Counted from the stretch's first letter, positions 40,332 to 50,551 are shown. The stretch: DNA of 64,000 nucleotides from Longimicrobiales bacterium (GCA_965238005.1 OZ250165.1:3232001-3296000), one strand, 5' to 3'. Made by a program: numbers and translations. Notes: a model not told the origin generated them from the sequence alone.

Positions 40332-41681
40332 ATGGCCGGCGGCTACCTGGCCCTTGCGCTCATCTCTGTCCTGCGCATCCCGATGACGGGGACGCTGCGT
40401 ATGGCCGGCGAGCCGGTCATGCTGGCGTGGGAGTTGGTGTGGCGGTTGTCGTTTGCGGCGGGCATGGGTTGGATCGCGTGGCATTGGTGGTCGGCTCTGC
40501 ACCGAGAGGGACGGCCGGAGGGGGGAGACCCGCGGTCTCTGATCGCCGGCACTCTCGGTGTGCATCTGGCAGCCGCGCTCGCCCTCCCGCTCACGTCCTC
40601 CGACCTCTATTCCAATCTCGCGTACGGACATCTGGGGTGGTTAGGCTTCGATGCGTATGCCGTGGGACCCGGCGCGCTCCCGGTGGGCGACCCGTTCCGG
40701 GCCCTGGTGCCGTCTCCGTGGCAGGGGGTGCCCAGCGCGTACGGCCCACTGTTGGACGGTTTCAACCGGTTGGTGACCCTCACCGGCTCCGTGCCCGTGT
40801 CGATGGCCGTGCACAAGCTGATATCCTTCTCCATCGTCGTCGTCTCGGTGATGGTGGCGGCTCGGATCACATCCCGCTTCCTCACCGGGGCTTCCCGCGA
40901 ACGGGCCTTCGTTCTCCTTGCGCTCAACCCCGTGTTCGTGTGGGAGATCAGCGGGCAGTCGCACAACGACGGCCTCATGGTGTTGGCGATCCTCCTCGGC
41001 GTGTACTTCTTGTTGCTGGATCGGACATGGGCGGCTCTCGGGGCTCTGGTGATAGGAGCGCTGGTGAAGGTCGCGACGATCCCCATCCTTGGGCTCTTGC
41101 TCTGCTTGGAGCTTCGTAGGAGGCCCTCTCACGGGATCAGAATGTTGGTCACGTTGATCGGCGCCGGAGCCGCGCTCTGGGGGCTGTGGCCCACGGTCCC
41201 GGCAACGCTGGCGGCTCTGGCGACCAACACCGAGGTGGATCCGTACCGGATAACGAATTCGATCGCTTGGCTGATCCACACCGCGGCCGGCTACGCCGGA
41301 TCCGAGATGCAGGCGGTGGCGTTCCGCACCTGGAGTGCAATCACTGGCCTCGTCCTGCTTCTCGTCGGGGTGCGCGCCGCGCTCCGTACGAGAACGCCGG
41401 AGGACCTGCTGAGAGAAGCGCTCGGCTTCCTGCTCGTTCTTCTTTTCCTAGCGCCTCAGTTCCAGCCCTGGTACATCGCCTGGATCCTCCCTCTCGCGAT
41501 GGTGTCGCGGGAGAGGGCCGTTCCCGGGTTCGTGGCTCTCGTATCGATCCTCTTCGTAGCGCAGTATCCGATCACGCACCGACTGGTGGGATCGGTCACC
41601 ATGGTGTTCGTCCTTTGGACCTACGTGCGGACACCGGGCGTCCCGGGCATACCACGGTGGGGCCAGCAGAAATCGGTGTGA
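40332..41681 (+). CDS. GT-C polyprenol-phosphate-sugar glycosyltransferase (MptA/B / GT87-like)
   Basis: Polytopic; SSDLYSN, AYGPL, LNP, HNDGLM, FQPWY. Confidence 0.82.
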   Translation: MAGGYLALALISVLRIPMTGTLRMAGEPVMLAWELVWRLSFAAGMGWIAWHWWSALHREGRPEGGDPRSLIAGTLGVHLAAALALPLTSSDLYSNLAYGHLGWLGFDAYAVGPGALPVGDPFRALVPSPWQGVPSAYGPLLDGFNRLVTLTGSVPVSMAVHKLISFSIVVVSVMVAARITSRFLTGASRERAFVLLALNPVFVWEISGQSHNDGLMVLAILLGVYFLLLDRTWAALGALVIGALVKVATIPILGLLLCLELRRRPSHGIRMLVTLIGAGAALWGLWPTVPATLAALATNTEVDPYRITNSIAWLIHTAAGYAGSEMQAVAFRTWSAITGLVLLLVGVRAALRTRTPEDLLREALGFLLVLLFLAPQFQPWYIAWILPLAMVSRERAVPGFVALVSILFVAQYPITHRLVGSVTMVFVLWTYVRTPGVPGIPRWGQQKSV

Positions 41682-41866
41682 GGCCACGCGGTCCATCATT
41701 GGATCCCCGCCTCCTTGGCACGTGCCGTTGGACCAGCCCCCTATCCCTTTCCCTATCCCTGAGGTGCCCGTTAGAGTGTGGGGATGCGGGTGCAGGGGCA
41801 CCCCCTTTCGGCGCAAAGCTAGCTTCGGGTCCGGTTTCCAACCAACCGAATGTGGAGTCCCCCAGC

Positions 41867-43447
41867 ATGCCGTCCAAGCTCCCTCGCCTGGCTCATCTCG
41901 TCCTGGCGATCCTTGTACCCACGGGGCTCTCCGCACAACAAGATCCCGCCCGGACCGGCTCACGAACGCTGCCGACCGACTCCTGGACCTACGAGGCGAT
42001 CGAGCGGCTACGGCACAGAGGCTTCTTGCCGGAGATCAGCCCGATCGCGCAGCCCTACCGTCGAATCGACGTCGCAGCCGGATTGGCAGGAGTAGATCCG
42101 CAAGCTCACCAGGAGCCTATCGCCGCATGGATCCGTATCCTCCGCGAGGAGCTCGCTCCCGAGTTGGCACGACTCGAGGGCACAGATGACGCTACCACGC
42201 GGATAGGTGCGGAGATCCGACTTGGTGGGACGGCGGCGGACAGCCGGCGGCGCGATCCCCTCGTGCCGTTCCGAAGCACGGAAGAGGAGACGATCGAGGA
42301 TCGGGTATGGCCGTTCAACGCGGAAAGCGTGTGGCTCGAAACACACGGCGCCGCCATCGTGCTCGACCTCTACGCCGACCATTGGCACTACGCGGACAGC
42401 GGAGACCCCGACGGCGTGTCACCCTCTGGGTTCCTGTTCCTGCTACGCCGGAGCGACAACGCCTATGTGACGGCCGCCTTCCCCTGGGGAAACGTGTGGC
42501 TGGGAAGGATGCGACGGAACTGGGGCCCCATCGGCCGAACCGGCCTGATGTTGTCCGGCAACCCAGTGGCCTACCCGCAGTTCGGCTTGGATATCGGTCG
42601 CGGAAGGGTCGCAGTCCGATTCATGACGGGCGAGCTCGAGGCGGTCGACGGTCGCACCCGGTACTTCATGGCGAACAGGGTCGACTACGGCACGCCCAAC
42701 TTCTGGATCTCCCTCGGCGAGGCGAAGATCTTCTCGGCGGAGCGCCACTCCGCGCTCCGGTTCCTGAACCCGGCGGAGCTGCTGATCTTCGATCACGACA
42801 GCGAGCCCACCGACGTCACCGGCAACCTGATGTTCAACGGGCTCCTTTGGATGCGCCTCGGCGAAAGCACGGTCTACGGTGAGCTGGTGATCGACGACTT
42901 CGACCTCGATCCGTTCCTGGGCGGAACCGACCGTGATTCCGAGCCGATCAACTTCCAGTTGAGCATGGGCGCCCGATACCACGGGGTGTCGCCAAGGGTC
43001 GAGCTGGGACTCGACTACCGTCGCGTGTCGGCGTGGTCGTACCGGTCCCCTCCGGTCGCCGAGCGGTGGAGCTATCTGGATCAAGGTCTCGCAGATCCCT
43101 GGGCCGACTACGATCGGCTGGAACTCAGAGGGGATCTTTATCTCAATGTGGTGGGGCTGCGCCTCACGCCGATCATCCAGTTCCAGCGCATGGGCGAGGG
43201 TGACTACCGGGAGCCTTTCCCTGCCGATTACCTGGGCCAGCCATCCAACTTCCTCGGCGTGATGGAGACGACGCGTCGAATCGCAATACAAGGGCGCTAC
43301 CAGCCGCGGCGACAGATCTTCATCGAGTGGGACGTCGGGAGGAGCTTCATCTCCAACGCCGACCATATGGACAGAGTGGACGAGAACCGGTTCTCGTATC
43401 TGGTCCGCCTGGGCATGACCTTCGACTTCCATGGAAGCCTTCGATGA
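41867..43447 (+). CDS. Wzi-like capsule-assembly outer-membrane protein
   Basis: Signal peptide, WTYEAIERL..RG..PYRR, GRMRRNWGP, LMLSGN, GELVIDD. The ORF-track upstream extension is probably spurious. Confidence 0.7.
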   Translation: MPSKLPRLAHLVLAILVPTGLSAQQDPARTGSRTLPTDSWTYEAIERLRHRGFLPEISPIAQPYRRIDVAAGLAGVDPQAHQEPIAAWIRILREELAPELARLEGTDDATTRIGAEIRLGGTAADSRRRDPLVPFRSTEEETIEDRVWPFNAESVWLETHGAAIVLDLYADHWHYADSGDPDGVSPSGFLFLLRRSDNAYVTAAFPWGNVWLGRMRRNWGPIGRTGLMLSGNPVAYPQFGLDIGRGRVAVRFMTGELEAVDGRTRYFMANRVDYGTPNFWISLGEAKIFSAERHSALRFLNPAELLIFDHDSEPTDVTGNLMFNGLLWMRLGESTVYGELVIDDFDLDPFLGGTDRDSEPINFQLSMGARYHGVSPRVELGLDYRRVSAWSYRSPPVAERWSYLDQGLADPWADYDRLELRGDLYLNVVGLRLTPIIQFQRMGEGDYREPFPADYLGQPSNFLGVMETTRRIAIQGRYQPRRQIFIEWDVGRSFISNADHMDRVDENRFSYLVRLGMTFDFHGSLR

Positions 43448-43453
43448 CGGCGC

Positions 43454-44092
43454 GTGACTGACTCCGACCACCGTCCGGCGGTTGTGACTCTCGCCGCCGG
43501 GAGCATCGCAACTTGCCTGCGCGCCGCTCTTGCAAGCACCGGGCTCATCCGCCCGGTCGATTTCTTCCGGCACGAGAAGTACTACGCTCTGGCCGAGCAC
43601 TACCGTGGGAGGATTCTCGATCTCGGCACCGGAACGGGCCACTACTCGGCGTTCCTCGGCTCACTGGGCCATTCCGTCGTGGCCATGGATGTTTCGGACA
43701 CCAGCGAGCACGAGCAGATTCGGCCTATCATCTTCGACGGCCACACGATTCCCTTCGAGGACGATACGTTCGACTTGGTGCTGTGCATGTTCGTCTTGCA
43801 TCACTTGGGGCATCAGGATGAGCTGCTCACCGAGATGCGACGCGTCACGCGTCGCTCCGTTATCGTCGCCGAGGATCTCCGCGAGAATGCCTGGGACGGA
43901 TTCTGGTCGGGCGCGCACACTCGGTTCACAGACTGGGGGCGAGCCCAGGGGAGCTTCCACTCGGACTCGGAGTGGAGGGAGCGGTTCCGCCGCCAAGGGC
44001 TCCCCGTACGGGAACGCCTGACGATTCCACGCTGGCGGCTCCCCTATTACCCGGTCCTCCGCGCGGTGTACGTGCTCGGCGTGGAGCAGTGA
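43454..44092 (+). CDS. Class I SAM-dependent methyltransferase
   Basis: ILDLGTGTG, IPFEDDTFD, FVLHH. Confidence 0.9.
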   Translation: MTDSDHRPAVVTLAAGSIATCLRAALASTGLIRPVDFFRHEKYYALAEHYRGRILDLGTGTGHYSAFLGSLGHSVVAMDVSDTSEHEQIRPIIFDGHTIPFEDDTFDLVLCMFVLHHLGHQDELLTEMRRVTRRSVIVAEDLRENAWDGFWSGAHTRFTDWGRAQGSFHSDSEWRERFRRQGLPVRERLTIPRWRLPYYPVLRAVYVLGVEQ

Positions 44093-44096
44093 CCGT

Positions 44097-45932
44097 ATGA
44101 GCGTCGGCATGTTGGTGATCGCGGGCCTGTGGGGGCTCATCTTTCTCGTTTTCACTGGAGTGGGAGTCGGCCTCCTCAGGGGGATCGGCTCACGCCGATT
44201 CGACGCGCAGGAGGTCTTCCTCGGGTTCTGGCTCGGGTACGCGGCGGCGATTTCGTTTCTACAACTCTGGCACCTCGTAGCCCCGATCTCACCGGTCTGC
44301 TTCCAGGTATTGGGGGCCGGTGCCTTGATAGGATGGGCGTCCCGCGGCGTCCACGTCGGGGAGTGGTGGCGCGTGAACCGCCACCGGTCGCTGGACCGCC
44401 TGCCTCGACTGGCCCTATTGGCCTTGGCGTGGTCCCTTTTCGCGGTCTGGCTGTCTAACCGGGCGCTCGCTCCGATCACACCTCAAGACGCCGGGATCTA
44501 CCATCTGGGCTCGATCCGTTGGGCTCAGCAGTTCGCGATCGTCCCCGGCCTCGCCAACCTCCATGGCCGCTTCGGTTTCAATAGCTCGCATCTCTTGGTG
44601 CTGGCGATGCTCGACCTGGGGTCCTGGGCACCGAGCTTCCATCACCTGACGAGCGGGCTGCTGCTCCTCGTGTCCTCGACCCACGCCTGGTGGCTCCTCG
44701 GTCAGCTGATCCAAAGACAAGCCCTCGCCGGAGCCGAAACGCTAATAGGCGCCCTCCCTCTCGCCGGGCTTGCGCCGTATTACTTCCTGGAGGCGAGCGC
44801 GACCTCGACAGACCTGCCGGCCCTACTGCTCGGCCTCACGTTGGGTGTCTCGTTCTTTCGAGTTCTCTTCCCCCGCGAACCGGATCGGGTCCCCATCGAC
44901 GTCTTCGCCGTCGTGGTGCTCGCTGCCGCGGGCGTCTCGGTCAAGCTGTCCTTCGTCTTGCTTGGTCTCCCGGTGGCGACCGTGGCTGCGGTGGTCGCCG
45001 CGCACCGTCCGGGGGCGAAGATGTCGGGCGCGCGGAGCGTCCTGATGGTAGCGGCGGTCATGGCCGCCGTGACCCTGGGCACCTGGGCGACACGCGGGGT
45101 GATTCTCACGGGATACGTGGCCTACCCAGCGTCGTCCGCCCTGAGAACGGACGTGGCGTGGCGCGTCCCTGCCGATCAGGCGAGGTGGGAACGTGCATAC
45201 ATCGACGCATGGTCACGGACGCCGATGGATCCTCCAGCCGAGCAGTATCCGTACGACACCGCCGAGCGCCTGCAAGCGAGGGTGACTGGGGGGGGCTGGC
45301 TCGCGCCCTGGCTCGCCCGCACGCTCCTTCGGTTCGACCTGGTGACGGTGCCGCTGATCTTGTTCGGAGCGGGCCTTGCGGTGCGTGGACGCACCTGGGA
45401 CCGAGACCGAGAAGGCTGCGGGCGTGGCGCACTCTTCCTCGCCCCAGTTGGGATCGCCGTCGTCCTCTGGTTCTTGACCGCACCCGCGCCACGCTTCGCC
45501 GGCGCGACGTTCTGGCTTCTCGGAGCCGGAGCGTGTGCCCTCGCTTTCGAGGGAACACTCAACTCCACCCGCACAAGCCTGTCCCGGTGGGTGGCCGGAC
45601 TCGTCGTTCTTCTCTTCACGATCTCGATGACTGCGTCGTGGATCGTAGCCGCCCGTCGCTATCCCTGGAGCCTGTGGGTCACACCCGCCCCGGGCGGGGG
45701 TTTACATCCGATCCCGCAAGCGGAGGTGCGAACTGTTGTCTATCCGTCTGGCCTGGTCGCGCGCTGGGCGCCCGATACGCGGTGCTGGGACGCACCAATC
45801 CCTTGCGCGGGGAGTCGGCCGAATCCGAGCCTCCGATTGCGAACACCAGGAGAGCTGCAGAGCGGATTCGCACTCGAGCCCTACGAGGGCCGGGCCGAGG
45901 ACGCCATGCTACTATTCCGTCTCGATCCCTGA
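44097..45932 (+). CDS. Polytopic membrane protein (LIC_10190-like, GT-C-like)
   Basis: DAGIYHL, VPGLANLHGRFGFNSS, TDLP, APRF, CWDAPIPC. Confidence 0.75.
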   Translation: MSVGMLVIAGLWGLIFLVFTGVGVGLLRGIGSRRFDAQEVFLGFWLGYAAAISFLQLWHLVAPISPVCFQVLGAGALIGWASRGVHVGEWWRVNRHRSLDRLPRLALLALAWSLFAVWLSNRALAPITPQDAGIYHLGSIRWAQQFAIVPGLANLHGRFGFNSSHLLVLAMLDLGSWAPSFHHLTSGLLLLVSSTHAWWLLGQLIQRQALAGAETLIGALPLAGLAPYYFLEASATSTDLPALLLGLTLGVSFFRVLFPREPDRVPIDVFAVVVLAAAGVSVKLSFVLLGLPVATVAAVVAAHRPGAKMSGARSVLMVAAVMAAVTLGTWATRGVILTGYVAYPASSALRTDVAWRVPADQARWERAYIDAWSRTPMDPPAEQYPYDTAERLQARVTGGGWLAPWLARTLLRFDLVTVPLILFGAGLAVRGRTWDRDREGCGRGALFLAPVGIAVVLWFLTAPAPRFAGATFWLLGAGACALAFEGTLNSTRTSLSRWVAGLVVLLFTISMTASWIVAARRYPWSLWVTPAPGGGLHPIPQAEVRTVVYPSGLVARWAPDTRCWDAPIPCAGSRPNPSLRLRTPGELQSGFALEPYEGRAEDAMLLFRLDP

Positions 45933-46095
45933 GCCCGAACAGACCAGGCAGGCCAGCAGCCAGTGAACGCTCTGAACAACCTCGTGAAGACCGTCGTGGA
46001 AAGCCATTTCGCAACCGGCTCCGCTATCGGCCCGGGCGCAATCCCGAACGCCGGTGGAGTCCAGGGCATGGACGCGATGCAGGGCACAGGACGGA

Positions 46096-46473
46096 ATGTC
46101 TATGCATCTCCCCGGCAGCTTCGCCGACCACATGGTGCCGGGATCGCTCTTCCTCCCCCATCGGAGCCACGGTGTGATGCCGACCGCAATGCATCTCTTG
46201 ATCGTGTTCGAATTCTGGGCGCTGGGAGTAGCTGTAGCCCTCGAGGGACTGGGCGTGCCCCAGGCGGTCATGCTGTGGTTCCGGACCGGGCTCTTGCTCC
46301 TGCTTGCTACCTGGTTCGTTCAGGTCTCGTTCTCGTTGTACGTCGTCGGACTTCCGACGGACAGGACCGGGGCCGAGCGGTCGTTCGTCTTTTTCGCATG
46401 GCACGTACTCACGATCAGTGCTGCCCTCTTCGGGCTCCGTGCCCTGAAACCCCGGGGCACGGGCAACCAGTGA
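46096..46473 (+). CDS. Small membrane protein resembling TMEM45/DUF716, probably internally deleted
   Basis: GSFADHMVPGSLFL, TWFVQVSFSLY and FFAWH motifs. Confidence 0.5.
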   Translation: MSMHLPGSFADHMVPGSLFLPHRSHGVMPTAMHLLIVFEFWALGVAVALEGLGVPQAVMLWFRTGLLLLLATWFVQVSFSLYVVGLPTDRTGAERSFVFFAWHVLTISAALFGLRALKPRGTGNQ

Positions 46474-46552
46474 CCGGGTGGGCTTCCACAGCGGTCCGCA
46501 TGCATATTCCTGCGTGGGAAGTCGCTCCTCCGCAGACCGTCGCCCTTCATCT

Positions 46553-47257
46553 ATGATCCCCCGCATCATCCATCAAACCTGGAAGGACCGTGACGTGCCC
46601 GCGCGGTTCCAGGAGGCACAAGCGAGTTGGTAAGAAGCACACCCGGATTGGGAGTATCGCTTGTGGACCGACCGGGACCTCGAGGGCCTGATTAATGAAC
46701 GGGCCCCGGAGCTGGCGCCGCTGTATGCCGCATACCCAGAGAACATCCAACGCGTAGACGCCGCCCGATATGTCATTCTCCGGGAGTTCGGTGGACTGTA
46801 TGCCGACCTGGACATACAGTGTCTCAAGCCCGTCGACGGTCTCCTCGATGCTCAGGTCGTTCTGCCGCGCACCACGCCGTTCGGCGTGTCGAACCAGCTC
46901 ATGCTATCCGTACCCGACCACGCACTCTTCCATCACGCGGTGGCGTCTTTGCCGGCGGCCTTCGCGAAGCACCGGCGCCTGTGGCCACGCCACGTCCGGA
47001 TCCTCTCGACGGCCGGCCCGTTGTTCCTGACGGATTGCCTTCGGACGTTCGGCGACGTCCAAGGGCTCCGGACCCTCACACTCGATGAGCACGGTCATGG
47101 GAAGCCACACCTCGCCTACGTACGCCACCTCCGGGGCAACACCTGGGCGGAATGGGATACGCATGTGATCAACTTCTTCCACGACCATTGGAAGGTCCTG
47201 GCGGCTGGAGCCGCCGGATCGGCCGCGGCTGCAATCCTCATCCGGGCCCTGCTTTGA
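46553..47257 (+). pseudogene. GT32 (SUR1/Och1-like) glycosyltransferase with a premature stop
   Basis: MIPRIIHQTWK...SW*EAHPDWEYRLWTD (TAA at 46631-46633), DAARY, GGLYADLD, GVSN, TAGPLFLT. Confidence 0.85.
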
Positions 47258-48243
47258 GCAGCGCCGGTTCGCGCAAGCGGTGGTGGTGGCTGCTCGGGTG
47301 TCTTCTGCTCACCGTCTTCGTCGTGGTCACATTCCGGAATGTCGCCTGGCGGGAAGCCCTGAATCTCGCGCTCGGGGCGTCGTGGGAATGGCTCGCAATC
47401 GCGGTCTTCGCGAACGGCGGGATCCTGCTGTTCACGGCATGGCAGTGGATGGTATTCCTCCCCAGCTCGGGCTCGGTGGGCCTCGGAACGATGCTGTGGA
47501 TCACGGCGGTCACCTCCACCATCTCCAACGGGGGTCCGTTTCTCGCGGGGCACGCGACCGGAATCCATTTGCTCGCCACGCGGGGAGGGGTCGGATATGC
47601 GACGGCTGTCTCCGTGAAGGCGCTCGATCAGCTCGCCGAAGGAATCGCCAAGCTCATGCTGTTCGGCCTGACGATCGCCCTTTTCCCCCTTCCGGGCGCC
47701 GTTCGTGGCGGCGCAGTGAGCCTGCTCGGCCTGGTGGCGGCCTTCGGTGCTGCACTCCTACTTGCCGCCCACCGCGGGCACCACCTGGAACGGCTGGCCG
47801 ACCGTTGGCACGGGTGGCGTGGTCGCACCGTCGGGTTCCTGGGTACAGCCGCGTCGCAACTCGAGGCCCTGCGACAGCCGCGAGTGTTCTTCATGGCGAT
47901 CGGGCTCGGCGCTGCGCAGAAGGTCGTCGAAGGCCTCGCCATCGTCGCGGTGCTTATGGCACTCGGAGTCTCCTTGCCGTTCTGGGGTGTGCTCCTTGTT
48001 CTCTCGGCCGTGAGCCTCTCGACCATGGCGTCGTTCACTCCGGCGAATGTGGGGATCTACGAAGGGAGCGCGGTCGTCGCCTACGTGTTCTTGGGGATCG
48101 ACACCGAGGCCGCGATCGGGATCGCAGTGCTACAGCATGTGGCGTATCTGGTCCCCATGGCTGGAGCCGGGTGGGTGGTGCTGCTCGCCACCGGGAGCAG
48201 CCTCAGGACCGCAGCTGGCACGTCACGCGTGCAGAGTAAATAG
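47254..48243 (+). CDS. Lysylphosphatidylglycerol-synthase TM domain / UPF0104 flippase-like protein
   Basis: Polytopic, TPANVGIYE motif; TTG start overlaps the upstream stop. Confidence 0.8.
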   Translation: MSSAGSRKRWWWLLGCLLLTVFVVVTFRNVAWREALNLALGASWEWLAIAVFANGGILLFTAWQWMVFLPSSGSVGLGTMLWITAVTSTISNGGPFLAGHATGIHLLATRGGVGYATAVSVKALDQLAEGIAKLMLFGLTIALFPLPGAVRGGAVSLLGLVAAFGAALLLAAHRGHHLERLADRWHGWRGRTVGFLGTAASQLEALRQPRVFFMAIGLGAAQKVVEGLAIVAVLMALGVSLPFWGVLLVLSAVSLSTMASFTPANVGIYEGSAVVAYVFLGIDTEAAIGIAVLQHVAYLVPMAGAGWVVLLATGSSLRTAAGTSRVQSK

Positions 48244-48359
48244 TGAGCTCGGAATCGCGGCTGCCGGTGAAGGAGGGGAGATTATTGCGTTCAAGTTCGG
48301 GGGCAGCGAGGTTGCTGAACCGATCGACTGAACGAACAGGGATGCCGCAAGGGTCGACC

Positions 48360-49232
48360 ATGTCCATCAAACGACTCTCACTCTTGACGCTCTGGGCCGG
48401 ACTCGCGTCAGCAGGTGCTACATCCCTGGCGGCCGTTCCGATGCCCGTGGCGGCGCAGGCAGCCACCGTCAAGAACATGGATTCGGCATCGGCTCCTCAC
48501 GACCCGGCCATGACAAACGCTGCTTTTTCGGAAGCCGATCCGAGGGTCACCGAGGCGGACAGACTCTTTCGAGAGCACCGCGTCACCGAATCGCTGCAGA
48601 TGCTCGAGGACATCCTCGACGTGCAGCCCGAGAGCTACCAAGCGCTGCTGGCCGCGGCCCGCTCAGCCATCGCTCAGGGGCTCCTCGCCGAGGGGAGCGA
48701 CATACAGAACCAGTGGTACAGGATCGGGGAGTCCACCGCTCTTCGGGCCACCGAGGTCGTGCCAAAGGGTCTCGACGGGCTGTATTGGCTCATGACCGCG
48801 AAGGGTCTCCGAGCCGTCCAGTCGGGGGCCGCAGACGCCTCGGCGCTCGGTAGGGAGGTGTACGACCTGGCCCACCAGATCCTGGCGGTGGATTCCCTGC
48901 ATGCCGGCGCACACCACGCCCTCGGCGTTCTCAACTACGAGGTGCGGAAACTCTCGCGCATCAAGCGCTTTATCGCGAGATATTTCCTCGGAGGTGGCGT
49001 CATGGGTTTGACCAGTTGGGAGGACGCCGAGCGGTACCTCACGCGCGCCGTGGAGCTGAGGCCCAACTACATCCTCTTCCATCTGGACCTCGGGAGCATG
49101 TACCTGAACCGCGGCCGGAAGGAAGAGGCCCGAAGTCACTTTGAGCGAGCGTTGGAGCTCCCCGTCTTCGAACCGCCGGACGGCCGGTTTCAGGTGATGG
49201 CGGAGCGCCATCTTGCGGAGACGCTCGACTAG
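48360..49232 (+). CDS. Secreted TPR protein (RMDN/TatT-like)
   Basis: Signal peptide; TPR helices AHHALG..YEVRKLSRIKRFIA, WEDAERYLTRAVELRP. Confidence 0.75.
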   Translation: MSIKRLSLLTLWAGLASAGATSLAAVPMPVAAQAATVKNMDSASAPHDPAMTNAAFSEADPRVTEADRLFREHRVTESLQMLEDILDVQPESYQALLAAARSAIAQGLLAEGSDIQNQWYRIGESTALRATEVVPKGLDGLYWLMTAKGLRAVQSGAADASALGREVYDLAHQILAVDSLHAGAHHALGVLNYEVRKLSRIKRFIARYFLGGGVMGLTSWEDAERYLTRAVELRPNYILFHLDLGSMYLNRGRKEEARSHFERALELPVFEPPDGRFQVMAERHLAETLD

Positions 49233-49317
49233 CTAGGTACTAGCCACCTCTTCCAGAGCAAGCCGCACCGCACGTGATCGTTTCCCACCGGCACCGGTTC
49301 GTTTTCCTGAGACTGTC

Positions 49318-50523
49318 GTGAATACCGTCAAGGAAATGAGTTTCCGTCTCCGAACGAAGGTCTCGTACTGGACTGCCATCCCGCCCCTGACGCTCATCCT
49401 TCTCTCCGGCTGCAGCCGTCCGGTGTTGATCGGCGCGACGAGTCTAGCGGTCGCGGCAATGGCCGTCGACGGGGGGGATGATCGCGAGTCGAGCGTCCCT
49501 GACGAAGGCCCTTTCTTCTATCGAGGTCGCGACTTCGGCACGGATGCCTATGCGGGTCCGTTCGACGTGATTCTCAACAAAGGGTTCGCCACGGCGCAGT
49601 GGGTGGAGTTCTGGGGGGACTTCGATCGGCGCCTGATCTTCTCAAACCCGTATGAGTGGAAGGGCGTGTGGCATTCCGTCCGACATCCAGGCGAAGCGGC
49701 GGACGGCGACGGGGGTTGGGGATGGCTTCTGAGGAACCAGGCGATCCCGTTCTCGACCAGTGACTGGAAGAGCTGGTCGTGGGCATCGAACTACACCGGT
49801 CACGTCCTCGAGGGAGGCATCGCGAATCGGCGGCTGACCAAGTGGTACGAAGCTCACGGAGTGCCAGCCGCGGCACTCCTCGCGGGCATTACCACGATGG
49901 GCGCTTCGGTGATCAACGAGGCATACGAGGGCGGGGGGAGCGGTCCGTCGGGGTCGACCATGCTCGACCTACTGGCGTTCGATCTCGGGGGCGTGCTCCT
50001 CTTTCAGAGCGACTGGGTGTCGCGCTTCTTCGCCCAGCGCGCGGGGGCGGCGATCTGGCCGACACAGGCCTCGATCACCGCACCGGATGCCCGGCTCATC
50101 AACAACGGGCACCATCTCGTTTTCAAGGTGCCCCTTCGTTTCTCCGAGTCCGCATCACTGTTCGTGAAGACTGGCTTGGGGCTCCAAGTCGGCCTCTCGT
50201 TCAAGCGCACGGACGGCACCAGCGTGAGCTTCGGCGTTGGGGGCGAGTCCAAATCCTATTTCATCGACCCGGACACGCACCAGGAAAGGGCTGAGTTCGG
50301 GCTCGCGGCGGGCCTTTGGTGGGATCGGGACAATACGCTCCTTGCCAGCCTACTCCTGGACGAGTCGTCGCACCGATTCCTCGCGCTCAACGTGTATCCC
50401 GGAGTCCGGAACATTGCGGACGGACAGCTGGGGCTGTGGTTCAGCTTGGACCAGGAGCGCAATCCGTATTTCGGCATCACTGGCCGAAAGAGCCTCGGTA
50501 TGGGATTGGGGTTCGGATTCTGA
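49318..50523 (+). CDS. Hypothetical exported / outer-membrane protein
   Basis: LSGC lipobox-like segment, C-terminal beta-rich region ending in Phe. Confidence 0.7.
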   Translation: MNTVKEMSFRLRTKVSYWTAIPPLTLILLSGCSRPVLIGATSLAVAAMAVDGGDDRESSVPDEGPFFYRGRDFGTDAYAGPFDVILNKGFATAQWVEFWGDFDRRLIFSNPYEWKGVWHSVRHPGEAADGDGGWGWLLRNQAIPFSTSDWKSWSWASNYTGHVLEGGIANRRLTKWYEAHGVPAAALLAGITTMGASVINEAYEGGGSGPSGSTMLDLLAFDLGGVLLFQSDWVSRFFAQRAGAAIWPTQASITAPDARLINNGHHLVFKVPLRFSESASLFVKTGLGLQVGLSFKRTDGTSVSFGVGGESKSYFIDPDTHQERAEFGLAAGLWWDRDNTLLASLLLDESSHRFLALNVYPGVRNIADGQLGLWFSLDQERNPYFGITGRKSLGMGLGFGF

Positions 50524-50551
50524 TGGAGCGCCGCACTCAGTAAGCCTGGGC

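Noticed and set aside
41740..41760. Short tandem CCCTATCCCT repeat, vaguely oriIS-like
   Set aside because: Too short, with no adjacent transposase remnant.
41186..41866. 227 aa N-terminal extension of the Wzi-like ORF
   Set aside because: It overlaps the GT-C gene, and a signal peptide begins at ATG 41867.
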